Assembly (NCBI GenBank): GCA_008632985.1
Contig: QPGO01000012.1
Span: forward strand, 310,001-374,000
Direction: 5' to 3'
Source: Psammoneis japonica
Lineage: Eukaryota
DNA: 64,000 nucleotides
The notes under the pieces are model-generated. The model was not told the origin of the DNA. It ran no database searches and saw only the letters and a program-made list of their open reading frames with translations. Positions 12,601 through 24,298 of this stretch are shown here, piece by piece; within the stretch, counting starts at the first letter, position 1; every line of letters begins with the position of its first letter. The translations under genes were made by a program, and so were the position numbers.

Positions 12601-14114
12601 AAGGAATGTGCAAGACATGGTCTCACATGTCCATGTAAATCCGCAGTCCCACAGTCGCCGCGGCACTTGCTTCTTGACCATGATGTGGAGCCACTTGCGT
12701 CCAACCTCGCGCACAACTCCTTCCGCAGGATTCTGGTTGTGTCGATCGGGTTCAATGACATGACAATCTGTGCTTTCCTTGCGCACGGTCTTCATGAACT
12801 CCGTGCCAGGTTTCGTTTGCTCCTTAGATCCATCCATCAGGAGTTTCTCTGGCACGCCAAATTCCTGGCAAAACATCTTAAGAGCCTCGCCAGCCTTGCT
12901 CTTCTTGTCCATGGGATAAATCGCAGCGAAGTGTTGCTTGTTTGTAAAGATCTGGGCATGTCGAATGCCCTCCAGCGAAACCACCTTGCCATCAACCGTG
13001 TCGGTTGCCCATTCACCCCGTAACCCAGGCTTCGTGAACATCCGATCGGCCCGATGGCGTCAACCCATTGGCATCAACGCTGACCTGATGAGCTTTTGCG
13101 TGGTCTTCTTGAGCGTGCTTGCTGCTTGCTTGAGTCCCATGCACCATCGTTCACTTGAGTCAGCAGCCGATGCATCACTGTGTCTCTCCTTGGACATGAA
13201 TGTCTTTGGGAGTGCTGAGTCTTCAGGTCCTTCTCCGATTGTTTCCGTGGCGGAGACCTGGACTGTTGACTCCGATTCCACATTGACGGCAGCTGTGAGC
13301 CTTGATTGGACTTGATTGACCCCACAAATGAATTGCTCATCGCAACAGTCCCGGATTGAGGGTTGCTGTGGGCAGGATCAGCTTTGAACTCATGTGTCAG
13401 ATTGGCGTGGATCGTCGCAATCGACCGAACTGGCTCCATTTCCTCCTCCGCAGATCGTCGAGTTCCAATGGATTTGGACTTGACGGTCTGTGGATCCCAA
13501 GGTTGTTGGGAGGTCATCTGGATCTTGGGGCACTCGTGCAATTCCTGCTCTGCAGGAGTGCGAGCAGCCGCAACAATGTTGGTCCCCATGGCTTCAAGTG
13601 GCATCATGAAAGATCCATCCTCCGCAAGGATGTGCAGTGGCGAATCGGAGCAGGGATTGTCCTGAACCTCAACACCAAAGTGCCGCAGCTGGTTTGGGTT
13701 AACCAGCAAGTGCTCCATGGAATCCGGCATCCACAAGCCCTCGTGGAAGACCAGAATGAATGTTGCTCTCGATGTCGGTGACGTCCACGCCGTGGCTGCC
13801 GAGACAATTGGGACACTCTCAATGGAATCGCATCCCTCGTTAAAAGGCGACACGTCACATTCTCGTCCAGAACAACCCAAGAGGGTAAAGTTTTGACCAA
13901 AAACAGTGGTGTCAGCATGCGAATCCAATTCAAGGCGTCCATGCTGTGCCTTGCTCATGTCACGGATGTGAGTGATTTGTGTGGTGTCAGACCGCGTTGC
14001 CGAGACACGCCGTGTCAAGGCAATGACCTCACAAATGCGTTTGTCACAGCCACGTGGATGCTGTTCCTTTGATCGATGCAGCTGTCCCCCACTCCATTGT
14101 GGCAACCACAACAA
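9635..14114 (-). pseudogene. pol: Copia pol (protease-integrase-RT-RNase H), frameshifted and MITE-interrupted
   Basis: LELDSHADT (protease), WATDT..MDGSKEQ..QNPAEGVVRE (integrase DDE), CHMIFDIK, ALCGLKSSGA, LVYVDDVL (RT), VDADHAGN..RSHTGI..FCDNEA..DLFTK (RNase H). Confidence 0.9.
10781..11002. mobile_element. 222-bp MITE inserted in Copia RT
   Basis: Termini CTGCCC...GGGCAG; duplicated CTTG on both sides (removal restores KPSKAD); subterminal inverted repeat caaatttacgtagaagcag / ctgcttctacgtaaatttg. Confidence 0.8.
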
Positions 14115-14146
14115 GAAGTTTGTGATGCAACAGAGCAGGGTCCAGC

Positions 14147-15580
14147 TCAGCAGTCATTTGTTCTTTCCTCTGCGCTTTTCACTGCGACCACCGAATGCGT
14201 CTCCGGCATTGTCTCCGTCTTCACCGCCAGCCCTTGATTCATCATCGCCAGAATGGCGCTGGCATTAGTGTTCAGGGCAGAGATTTTGCAGTTCGCTTCT
14301 TTAAGCTGCGACGACAGCTTCCAATTCTTCTTCTTGAGCAACTTAACGGATGCAGCACGGCGTTTGGTTGGTTTGGGTTGTTTGGCAATGCCCAGATGCA
14401 CGCGCTCGTCGACAACCTTCTGTTTGTCCTCCTCACTCAACTGGTGCCAAGTTTTGTGGCATCCAGTGTTGATGGATCCATCCTCATTGTAAATGGTGCC
14501 ACCCTCTTTTCCTCCTCCAGAGGCGACTGCGGCAATCGCACGACGATGCGCAATCGTCTCTGGAAGGGTGGCGACTTTTGCAGCAAGATGATTGGCCGCC
14601 GTGGTGAACGTGATGCCTCCTTCAAACTCATTCTGTGCCTTCAAGGTCTCAACTGCGGCTTGCAGTGATTGGTGCTGTGTCTTCTCAAAAAGAATCCGCA
14701 ATTTCTGGGCCTCCATTTTCGGTTCGTCGTTCTCCTCAAAAATGTCAAACATTTCTTGAAGCTTGTTGACAAACGACTCAAACGGCATGGCGCGTTCACT
14801 CTTGCAATGGAGGGTGTTCTCCATGCGCTCGGCTTCAGAGATGTGGTGGGAGGCATTCCCTTCTCCCTGGCAATGGTCACACAACGCTCTGAAGTCAACT
14901 CGTCCGTTCTGCTCATTCTTGTGGTCTTTCAACCATTGCTCACTGGGTGTGCCCGTGGTGAGGGACTCGATGAGCAAATGAACCGTACGAGTGTCAGCCT
15001 CGAAAGCTGGGCCTTGGAGGGGTGCACATGCAATGCACTTCTGGACAAAAGTGTTGTGGCCTTGAGGTTCAGGTGCATCGTTTTGACGTGTGCAACACAC
15101 TGACGGCACGCCAGAGACTCCTGGCACAATGCCGAGCATGTTCGTCAAGCCAGTGCTCCACTTGGCCCAATCCTTTTCACTCTCCAACATCCCGGGTGAT
15201 GCCTCTTTACTGAGAGAGTCAGCAGTGGTCTTGGTCTGGGAACGGATCTCAGCACGACTGAGTGCCGTCTGGAGAGCAGTGCGGAAAGTTGCCTGGTCAA
15301 GCCCATCCAGAGCAGGGTTCTCGCTCACACGACCAAAGTCCTGCACCCAATGGATGAGAGCTTTGAGCCGACGACTGCGGGCCAAACCAAAATGAATGCG
15401 CCCTTCAGCAACCGTCCTCCCAGTGTGCGATGACGCAAGAGAATCGATGTCTTCTTCCTTGAGGTCTTCCAAATCGTCAAAAGACGCAAAGTCCGCCACA
15501 AGCGAGACTCGTTGAGCTGGATCAACAAATCCGATCCATTTGAGTGCTGTCTCGACAGGATCCGGAGGAGCAGCCACCAT
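14147..15580 (-). pseudogene. gag: Copia gag-like ORF (477 aa)
   Basis: Lies 5' of pol inside the LTRs; NGRVDFRALCDHCQGEG resembles Copia gag with Y->C/H changes; only one Tyr in 477 aa. Confidence 0.8.
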
Positions 15581-15870
15581 GGCAGTGCCTGCACCAGTGG
15601 GAAAACAGAGCTGTGTGAGAAATCACAAATTGAAAAGGATGTCTCGGTCTGTGTTGACGACAACACACAGCCATTGGAAGCATGGAGACTGGCCGTGTCT
15701 CCTCACTGCTTGTGCACTCGCTGATGCCAGGCGACGACAATCATCACACACCCTTTGATCGACCGGCACTCGTCGTCACAACCCTGCCATCTTGGTGCGA
15801 TCGTCTCTTCACAGTTGTTCAATGCTTTCCATCAAACTAAACCTGAGTTGACGACTTGGCTCTGACAAAG

Positions 15871-16094
15871 CGAGCAAATCTAGCTGCCGGACAGGCTCAG
15901 CCACTCACAGTCTTAGCATGACAGCGTGAGTGCAACCAATGAGATGCTTCTGGGCCTGTTGCAACTGCAACGGATGCAACAAGTGAAGACCATTCCGTGG
16001 TCATCGGCGTTGCCCCCTGCATGCCACGTCATAGTTTCTCCACAGCACCTCCTAGAGCACACTGGGCAGTCCCTGATGCATCGGATTTCATTCG
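15871..16094 (-). repeat. 5' LTR of Copia element
   Basis: Direct repeat of 9224-9449, followed on the minus strand by a PBS-like sequence. Confidence 0.92.
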
Positions 16095-16730
16095 GGTCAG
16101 GGCATTTTTTTACCTGGTGTGGGCAACAGGTTTTGATTAACTCGACTCGAGCGAAGCGAGAGTCAGTCAGCTCGCAAAAGTAACCCGGATGTTGAAGTGG
16201 GGTGAACTGAACAACTGCACAAGCACTCATCACCAAGCTGCATGCTGCATCTTGAAGAAACAGGTGGAAGGGATGAACAAAATTCCAAAAGAGGAAAATT
16301 ATCAGACTGCTTTGGGCGCCAAAAGCAAGCAGCTGAGATGCTCTGCACAGCACACCCCAGCAAGAGCTCATTGCCAACACAGCAAGCCAGCTGAGAAATT
16401 TTGCATGTTGTCCATGACTTGAGCAGCACCCTGCAAACTGCAAAGCATTCTCAGCACCACTTTGGGGTTTCGCCCAGTTGTTGTTGAGAGCTGCCTCACA
16501 AAAAGCTGCTTCAGCACTTGTTGCGGAATCTCCAAGCAGCACAACAAAAGCACTCCTGGAGCTTGCTGAAGATGTCTGTCTGCTGCTGTGCACTGCTTCT
16601 GTCAAATGAGAGCACAAGTGTGCACTCCATGACCTCTTTGCAGATCTGGAAAATCACCTCTTTGCAGCTTTCACAAGGAAGGAGCTCCCCAGCACAATGC
16701 TTTGCAGAAGCACCAAGATCATGAACAAAA

Positions 16731-16755
16731 GCAGCAGCAGCAGCAGCAGCAGCAG
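16731..16755. repeat. (CAG)n microsatellite
   Basis: gcagcagcagcagcagcagcagcag visible directly. Confidence 0.85.
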
Positions 16756-18329
16756 AAAGCAGTGCTGTGTGTTGGAGCAGCAAGAAGCCAGAGCAACAAC
16801 AAAAAGAAAAGACAAAAAGTGCAGAGGCTTGCAGGGGCGCAGCATCTGAGGTGGCCAGAAATGATCTCCAGCATGTGCCAAAGCCCAAGGTGGGCAGCAG
16901 CAGAAGCAGGGCAAGAAAACAAAGGCTTGCTTTTACAAGGGTGGCATGAGCAAAGTCAAGAAGCCATGCAGAGAGAAGCACTTTGTGCAGCCTTGGTGCC
17001 AGGCAGTGGCTCAGCTGTGCTGCTGGCAAGCTCATGGCTGCAAGAGCACAGCTTCTGGTGTTGCCAACTCAGAGCACTTTGTTGCAGAGTTGAAAAGCAA
17101 AATGCTTTGAGCAATGTGCGCAGCATGGTGGCAGGAAGAAAGTGGATGAGACAAGCGCTTGTGTTGCAAGAGATGAGGAGGTGGGAGACACTTCAAAAAA
17201 GAAGAAATGTGACAATGGAGAGACAGCAAAACAAGCAACAGCTGACAATGGCAATTCTTTCTGCTTAGAATGCCTTCACATTTTCCATGTTCACTGTCCT
17301 GGTTGCTTGCGTTAGACTGGTGACATTTGCACAAGATCTCTCATTTCTGTGCAGGCGCTGCACAATGGCGGTTTAAAGCTGTGTTTGACTAACTTGATTA
17401 AAATGACAAAAGGGCAATGTGTGATGACTTTAAAATTTATCCCCTCAAGCAAGCAACTGTTCGCCCCTGTGTGCAACACAACCTTGTTTTGTCCTCCCCC
17501 ACATGTGCGGTGCAAAATTTGTGCCGCACACAAGGAGCAATTGCTCAACGGATGACCTTCCACATCAGCGTTGTTGTCATGTGCAGTGTCCCACACTGTT
17601 TGACGACCTGCCGTTTGGTCACGCATTGGCCCCGCTCCTTGAATCGCATGCATCGCGCATGATGCACACCGATTCAGACCTCTCATGCTTTTCCCCCACC
17701 GAGCTTGAATTGGACTGACGGCATAAATCTTGCGGTTGACACAGAGGTTGTTCCTCCTTGAAAGTGAAAAAGCGCCAAGTTCAATGGTTCTTGTTGAAGC
17801 TGACATGCAAACATTGGGTGTTTGTGGCGGGAAAACTTGCGCAGTGTCTACGCGTGTGCACTGTGGGCGATGCACTCAGTGCATTTCCACATCTTTTCTA
17901 CGTGTGAAATCGTCACAATTGCCCGGATTTATTTCCATCACCCAGAAATGTTTCTTGACAGTGCAACGCGGTCAGAAGTTTTCACGCCTTGTTGTCGTGT
18001 TGTTGTTGTGCACTTTCCGAGTGGCAGCAAATGAAACAATTGTTAGAAGACGAGCCAATCAAACCCTAGAAAAACAGCACAAAGCACGTCAAGTGCAGCA
18101 GAAGACGAGGATGTGTTGACAATTGTGGCTCTTGAAGAGACAAGTTTTAGCAACAAAGCAGTGCCAAAAAGACGTCACGTGCATTGCCCACGATGCACGT
18201 CAGCAATTTTGGGCGATCTTTGAATTTCGCGTGTTCATCGTGCGCGATGCACACCGGGAGCGGGGTTGGGGCCCCACCGCCTGGTGCTTTGAACTAAACA
18301 CCTTGAAGTGCAGGCATCTACAGCAAACA

Positions 18330-21300
18330 GCGCGCAACCGTTTGAGCGACTTTTTTCGGCAGCTCACGCGTCCGCTGTGAGATTTTTTTCTTTTCTTTTT
18401 TTGTTCCATCAAGGCTAAGTCAGCATCCATGGCGGTCATTTGCCGCACTTTGCATCAACATGTCGCACCACACCAACTCAAACCAACACAGCCCTTTGGC
18501 ATTTCACAATGACGTGATCATGCAAAGAGTCCGTCTCAGTGCGTGGCCAGTGCTGATTCCACCGCAGTGGCCTTGGCACAACACTTGCTGCAGCAGAAGC
18601 CAAGAGTTCGCCAACAAGCATTGCAAGCTCTGCTGATGATGGGCATGAGGACAAGACCAGGTGGGACCTCACACTGCTGGGCTGTGACACATTGACAGTT
18701 TTTTGAATCGCGCCGCGCACGCACATTTCTGCATGATTTTGGTGACATTTTGTGCCATTTTGTGGCACAATTGTTGGGCAATCCATTCAACAACTTTTGA
18801 CATTTTTTCCTTCTGCACCATTCTCAAATGTCTCAAGAGTGGTGCAGGGCAGACGGGCTGTCCAAAACTTCAAGCAGGAACAGGGACACATGCACCACAA
18901 ACTTGGTCATTCATTTCATGTCAGAGATGAACATGTCCATTGGCCAGAGTGCAAACTGCAGAGCTTGCGCACAGAATTCTGTGGGGCAAATGTCACAAAA
19001 AGTCCCACCCAGGGCTGGAACATGTCTGCTGAAGAAAGACCACACAACCCATGTGCCCGTTCCATGACGGAAGAAGCAATCCATCGAGATTGATGACAAT
19101 GACAAGTTGGAGGGCATTGCTTGGGTTTCCTCATGACCACCCAAACTCATCAAAGTCATGGAGGTGAAGGAGCCTCCAAAGGATGTGAAGGCTGCCAAGA
19201 AATTTGGCTTTGTGCAAAATTGGCATGGAGCTCTGCAAAGCTCATGCTGCATGCAACACTCTTTTTTCACAGTGTGAACTGGCTCATTCCTGCCTCTCAC
19301 AAGTGCACCCCACTGCAAAGAATGTGAAAAAGTTGTCAAAGCAACTCGACACTGTGAAGTCCAGGATCAACAGATTGCAACATGATGTCAACCACAAGGA
19401 CACCTCCTTGCAATCCAAGAAGAACACTGGCAACAGCCTCAAATCTTTGGTGGTGGAACACAAGAAAGATGCATCAGAAGTCAACAAACTTTGCAATCAA
19501 GTGTCCAGCCTTGAAAAGGAACTCCAGAAGAAAGAAGCATCAGACAAAGCTTCAGTTGAACATGCAAAGATGGTGAAGAAGAACCAAGAGCTCCAAAACA
19601 AACTTGCTCTCCAGGAAAGCAGAGCTCAGCTGTCAGAGCAAGCAGCAGAGAACAGAGCATGGCAGTCATCCAAGCCAGCAGACAACAGGCATTGCTCAAG
19701 ACAGTTCCACAGCAGCTCAATTGGGTTCATCTCAGGAGCTTGGGGTGGGAGGAGGAGCACCAGACCAACTCAAAAGTTGTTCCACAACCACTCATCCAAA
19801 ATGTTGTTGTTGCCAGCAACATGGATCTGTGCATTGTCACAAACAAGCACAGCACAAGGCTTCAAAAAGCCTGACACAATGGCCTTTCAACAGCAATGGA
19901 AAAGTCCACAGAATCATTGGCATCTTTGTTTGGACAGAAAAAGGATGGGTTGGTGGACTGGTCAACACTTTAGAAGCAAACAACATTGCAAACATTGCAA
20001 AAGTCAGAGTCCACAGCAATGGATGGCATTTCTCCTGTGAGTGGGTCACATCAGATTTTTGGTTGAATGGCTCTGTTGCCTTGAGAGATTTTTCATTGGC
20101 AAACTTGATGCACCAGTGGTCAAGTTGCATGATCAATCGAAGGAATTCAATGGCTCTTTCAACATTGTCAGGTCTGAGTTCATCAACCGGGACCAAGCTT
20201 GGTTTCCTCAAAGCAGCAGAACATGGAAAGCCACAAAGCAACACACGAGACATTGTACTTTGTGACACAAGTGATCCAGTGCAACAAAAGAGTTCCATCT
20301 GGTGGCTTTGCAGTGTTTGGGAAGGGTTCTTGCGACAAAGTGCAATCAAGCAAACAGTGTTGTCCAAGCCAAGCGTCAGTGCTCTTGCTCCCCTGTGTGT
20401 CTCAAAGGCTTTTGACAGTGAGGGTCAACAAGCCCCTCTTGACTCTGAAGCTCCATGCCAACCTTCTTGGCCTGCTTGTCCCTGACTTTTGCCACTCATC
20501 CAAAAGCTCCACCTATGACCGCTCCAGCCCATCCTTGTTGCAGTCACACAGCTCCTGCCAATTTTGTCTTCTTCAGGAAGTTGCAGGGTGTGCCATTTTG
20601 ATGCACACCACCATTTGCATTGTGGGACAGTCCCAAGGTGGTGATGGCATGCAAAGAAATGTGCCAGTCACAGTGTCACCCCTTCAAAACAACAAGAAAA
20701 AACAGCACTTTTTGTGCAGACAATGCTGGTGTCTTGCCAACAAATTTGAAAGCTTTGAAGCAACAATGTTGATGTTGAAAAAAAGTGACAAACAATGAAT
20801 GCCTTTGATGGAGAGAAAGAGAGGCTGCATTGTGACAAAAAATGGCAAATGACCGCCATGGAGGCAGAATTTGCCCTTGGTTGTCAAGACCAAAAAAATT
20901 GCAACGACATGCAGGAGCTGCAAAAGTCACTCGAATGGTTGTGCGCACCGATGGATGACAGGTGTCTGTCGGGGCTTTGTTGCACACAATGCACTGTTGT
21001 GCAATCAGCACTGGCTCTGCTGGGGAATTTGTGACACCTCCCCCACCCCTGTGACACTTTATTGACGCATCCTCTGACTCGCACATCTAATCACATGCAG
21101 ACAGGTGGCCACATGGCCACTGCGCTGAATGCGGGCCGGACTCATCTAATTAGGTTGAGCGCATTTTGCAGATAAATTGTGACAGCATCATCATACTTTC
21201 TTCTACTGCCTTTACTTCTATTCCCCTCTACCCCAGAGCTGCTTCTAGCATTGGAACCGAGGATGTCCAACAAAGAACCCCTGGCATACGATCATATCTC

Positions 21301-21364
21301 AACAAGCTGCCCTAACAGAGGTGGTCACGAGGAAAGTTTGGCGGAAGCTACAGGGGCATTAGGT
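18330..21364. repeat. TpA-depleted spacer of the kinase tandem unit (preceding copy 2), with ~0.8-kb deletion near 21050
   Basis: Colinear with 24300-27975 and 50140-53998; jumps from ...ggaatttgtgacacctcc... to gacactttattgacg. Confidence 0.9.
18650..19019. mobile_element. ~370-bp MITE-like element with CCAGGTGGGAC inverted ends (also ~24452-24823, ~50456-50830, ~58530-58909, 58929-59303)
   Basis: Ends ccaggtgggac...gtcccacc(c/t)(a/g)gggctgga; related sequence recurs in both orientations at 58530-59303. TSD not resolved. Confidence 0.55.
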
Positions 21365-23874
21365 TCATGCACCGTCGACACATGCTGCGATAGTGGACTT
21401 CATTTTCCAGTGACGAACAGTCGAAAGGTCAATGCCGAGGAGCACCAAGCTCGCGCTAGGTCTATCTTTGTACTCTTTGCATAGTTCTGAGAGCTCATCG
21501 ATGGTTGTCTGTCGGCGATAATCAAAAGCCTTGTCTCCTTTTCCAAGTCCCGCCTTGAACTCGGGCCATGGCACTGGGTTTTGTTCACGCAACGCGTACA
21601 CCGTGAAAAGCAAGGATGCAATGTCATGCTTGGCTGAGGGCTTCCAGGACTGTGTGTTAGCCTTACCATGAACCTCTGCGTGTGCAAATGGAAGCGATCC
21701 ACGGAAGCCAATTACATCTTCATTTCCAAGCGCCGCACACCCCCAGTCAATTAGAATGAACCTAGCACCGTCAAACATGACGTTACGTGGCGAAAGATCC
21801 AAGTGGTAAACATCCTTTTTGTGTGAGAACGACAAAGCATTTGACATGTCCGACCACAATGAGAGCAGAGTCTGTGATTTGTTAGGGTCCGACATCAAAA
21901 TGGTAAGAGCTGGTCTGCCTCTCGGAGTCATCAACAAGGCAGGAACTGCGGCTTTCGTGTCTCGAACCAAGTATTCGACGAGCCCAAAGCCTTGGACCTC
22001 GGGGACGTACTGGCATGTTCCATCTCGGGCCAAAGCACGAAGTGCCATGAGCTCTCGCTCTAAATGTCGTACTTTACCAACTACAGACGCTTTTACGAAT
22101 AAAATGTTGTTGCCCCCAGCAACCGCGTAAACAATGCCATGTGAGCCAGAACCCAGCAGCTGACCGACTGAATGTCGGATCGAGACCCCGCTTGAGCTGT
22201 GCTTTCCAATAAAGGTTGCGCTTTGTGCCTCTGAACCAAAACACAATATGCCAAGATCCTCATCCTTTGAGTGTAGAAGCTCCCACAAGCGACGTATGCC
22301 CTCTGGTACATGAGAGTCAGGGGCGGAAGATACACTCTCTGATGAGAACAGGCGAGGCTTGAGATATATTTTGTCGGAGTTATCAGTGACAAGGGCGTCG
22401 AAGGCAGCTTCATCAACCAGAGGCCACAATGCAGTCCGATTGAACTTCAACTCCGCACCTGCGGTCCCCATCCCAACCAACTCCAAGGATATTACCTGAA
22501 GGTAGACTGGCGTTACTATCAATCCAACATGTTTTGAGTTGACGCCTACATCCCCAATGTCAAAGGCCACCAAAGCCCTTTTTGCCAGATGCCCGCAAAC
22601 TTGTTTTGATACTTGGTCGTGCAAAACTTGAGCATTTTGACCCGCGCGACGAACGTTCTTGATCTCTTTGACCAACGAAATTTCCTGATTCAGCAGCACA
22701 GGTGTGAACGGATTGAGGTGGTTGGACTCAAAGTCGACAAATCGTTTTGGACCCAACTGAGATGGAGGCATGTAGCGCTCGCGTCGTAGGTCGGATCTGC
22801 CATGCAAAGAGCCATCACTGTCTCGAATCTGAGATAAGGCACGGAGAAGTGCACCAACGATCGCCTGGACAGCATCTTTCTCTGTCGCAACGGCAGTCGG
22901 GAAATGTTTTTTAGAAAAAAAGCGCTCGGGCTTTTGGTCTGCCCACTCGAGGATCGCCTTTACAGTGTTGTTGACAAGTGTAGGCCTTTTTTCAACGCCT
23001 TGGCGTCGACCTTCGCTGACTTTTCGACCAGACGGCACCAAGCCTTGGAAAAGAGTTCAAGTTCATCGGTTTGTTGGGGTGCTTTTGATGGCCACCATGG
23101 TTGAATTTGTTCGGACGACCCGAGAAAGTTATGCAGGTTTTCTTGTGACTTTGATGGACTCGGGATGTGCAGGCCTCGCATCATTTCGCGATAGTCGCTG
23201 TCGGATATCTCGTTTTCATCATCTATTGTACGTGTCCCCGTTTCAGTTTTGTTCGACAAAGCAGCATATGCTTTCAAATCATCGCGAATTTCCTTGATTT
23301 TGTTGCATATTTCGTCGATCGGGATTCGGCACGTTTCGTCATACAAACGATAAACCCGCTCCCAGCAAAACGGGGACTCCTTCATCATCTGATGGTTTTC
23401 GTTGACCCAGTTCTGCAAAGGAGACACGTCAAGGCCGAGATAAGTCGGTGATGAAGGTCCAAGTGGGCCTCTACGCAGCGTTTGAAGAAGCTCCTCGGCA
23501 ATTTCCGGAGTTGGCGCTTCTTCGGATGCCACCTTGCCGATTGCTGCAAGCGTTTCACGAGCAGTCTCCTGTCTATTTTTCCAAACCGCCAGCGTTCCGA
23601 CCATTTTACGCTCCTCCAATTCATTGAGAAACATAATGCTGCTGCTCACTCCCGATGTAGCCACGCCCGCTTCGTCGGCTTTGCGCTTCCTCGCCGTCGC
23701 ATTAGCAGCAACACGACCGTTACTCGGACGATGATTGGTTGAATTCGCAGCTGCGTCGTCGCCGTTGCCCGCCGCTGCGCTGCTACTGGACGGTTCTATT
23801 AGCGCCGCCGCTGAGGCAGCCATTGGTGCTGTTTCTTGGGAAGATGAAGAATCCACGGGCTGGATCATGGCCAT
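21365..23874 (-). pseudogene. REase+kinase gene copy 2, 1-bp frameshift in a T homopolymer (~22990)
   Basis: Split into ORFs 22960-23874 and 21365-23041; T6 here versus T7 in copy 1 (8172-8178). Could be an assembly homopolymer error; otherwise full length. Confidence 0.8.
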
Positions 23875-24298
23875 GGTTTAATAGCCCTACTCCCTACTGC
23901 GAGAGCTTGAAGCTGTCGAAATTGAAAATGGAATCAGCAAGCGCGTTGAGCGAGCGTGGAGCCACTCTTTCGAGTTTTTCGCGGGACCTGGAAGTTTTCG
24001 TTTTTCAGGCACATCGTGTCGTTCGGTCACGTACCGCATTACCGGTGCTTCGAAGTAAATACCTCGAAGTACCGGTACAACGAACCGATAAAGCAAGGAG
24101 GTAAGCGAGTGCGTAAACAAGCGAAGGATGATTACGGCGGCGGGTGCGGGAAACTCCATCCCGATGCGATGGGTTGTCTTGAAGCAAGCCAACAAGGATT
24201 CGAACGAAAAAATGGCAGTAAAGAAAGAAGCAGGGCTGGCGCATGTCACCTGGAATTCGTAAAAGGAACATTTTTCCAACGGTCGCAAATTTATCTCA
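23875..24298 (-). promoter_or_regulatory. Putative promoter/5' region of kinase copy 2 (near-identical to 49490-49915)
   Basis: Immediately upstream of the ATG; conserved between copies; retains TpA and CpG unlike adjacent spacer. Confidence 0.5.

Larger units (their letters stand above)
9224..16094 (-). mobile_element. Full-length Ty1/Copia (CoDi-like) LTR retrotransposon, ~6.9 kb, inactivated
   Basis: LTRs at 9224-9449 and 15871-16094; 4-bp TSD GGTC (9220-9223, 16095-16098); purine tract GAGGGGAC before the 3' LTR on the minus strand; PBS-like TGTCAGAGCCA (cf. tRNA-iMet PBS TGGTATCAGAGC) after the 5' LTR; gag-PR-IN-RT-RH order. Confidence 0.93.

Noticed and set aside
16702..17268. Poly-Q protein-coding ORF and similar C/H/Q-rich ORFs across the window
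   Set aside because: Explained by a CAG microsatellite and stop-codon loss in TpA-depleted DNA; no recognisable domains.
22980..22995. Programmed frameshift in kinase copy 2
   Set aside because: A single-base homopolymer difference absent from the other copies; simple slippage or an assembly error is more likely.
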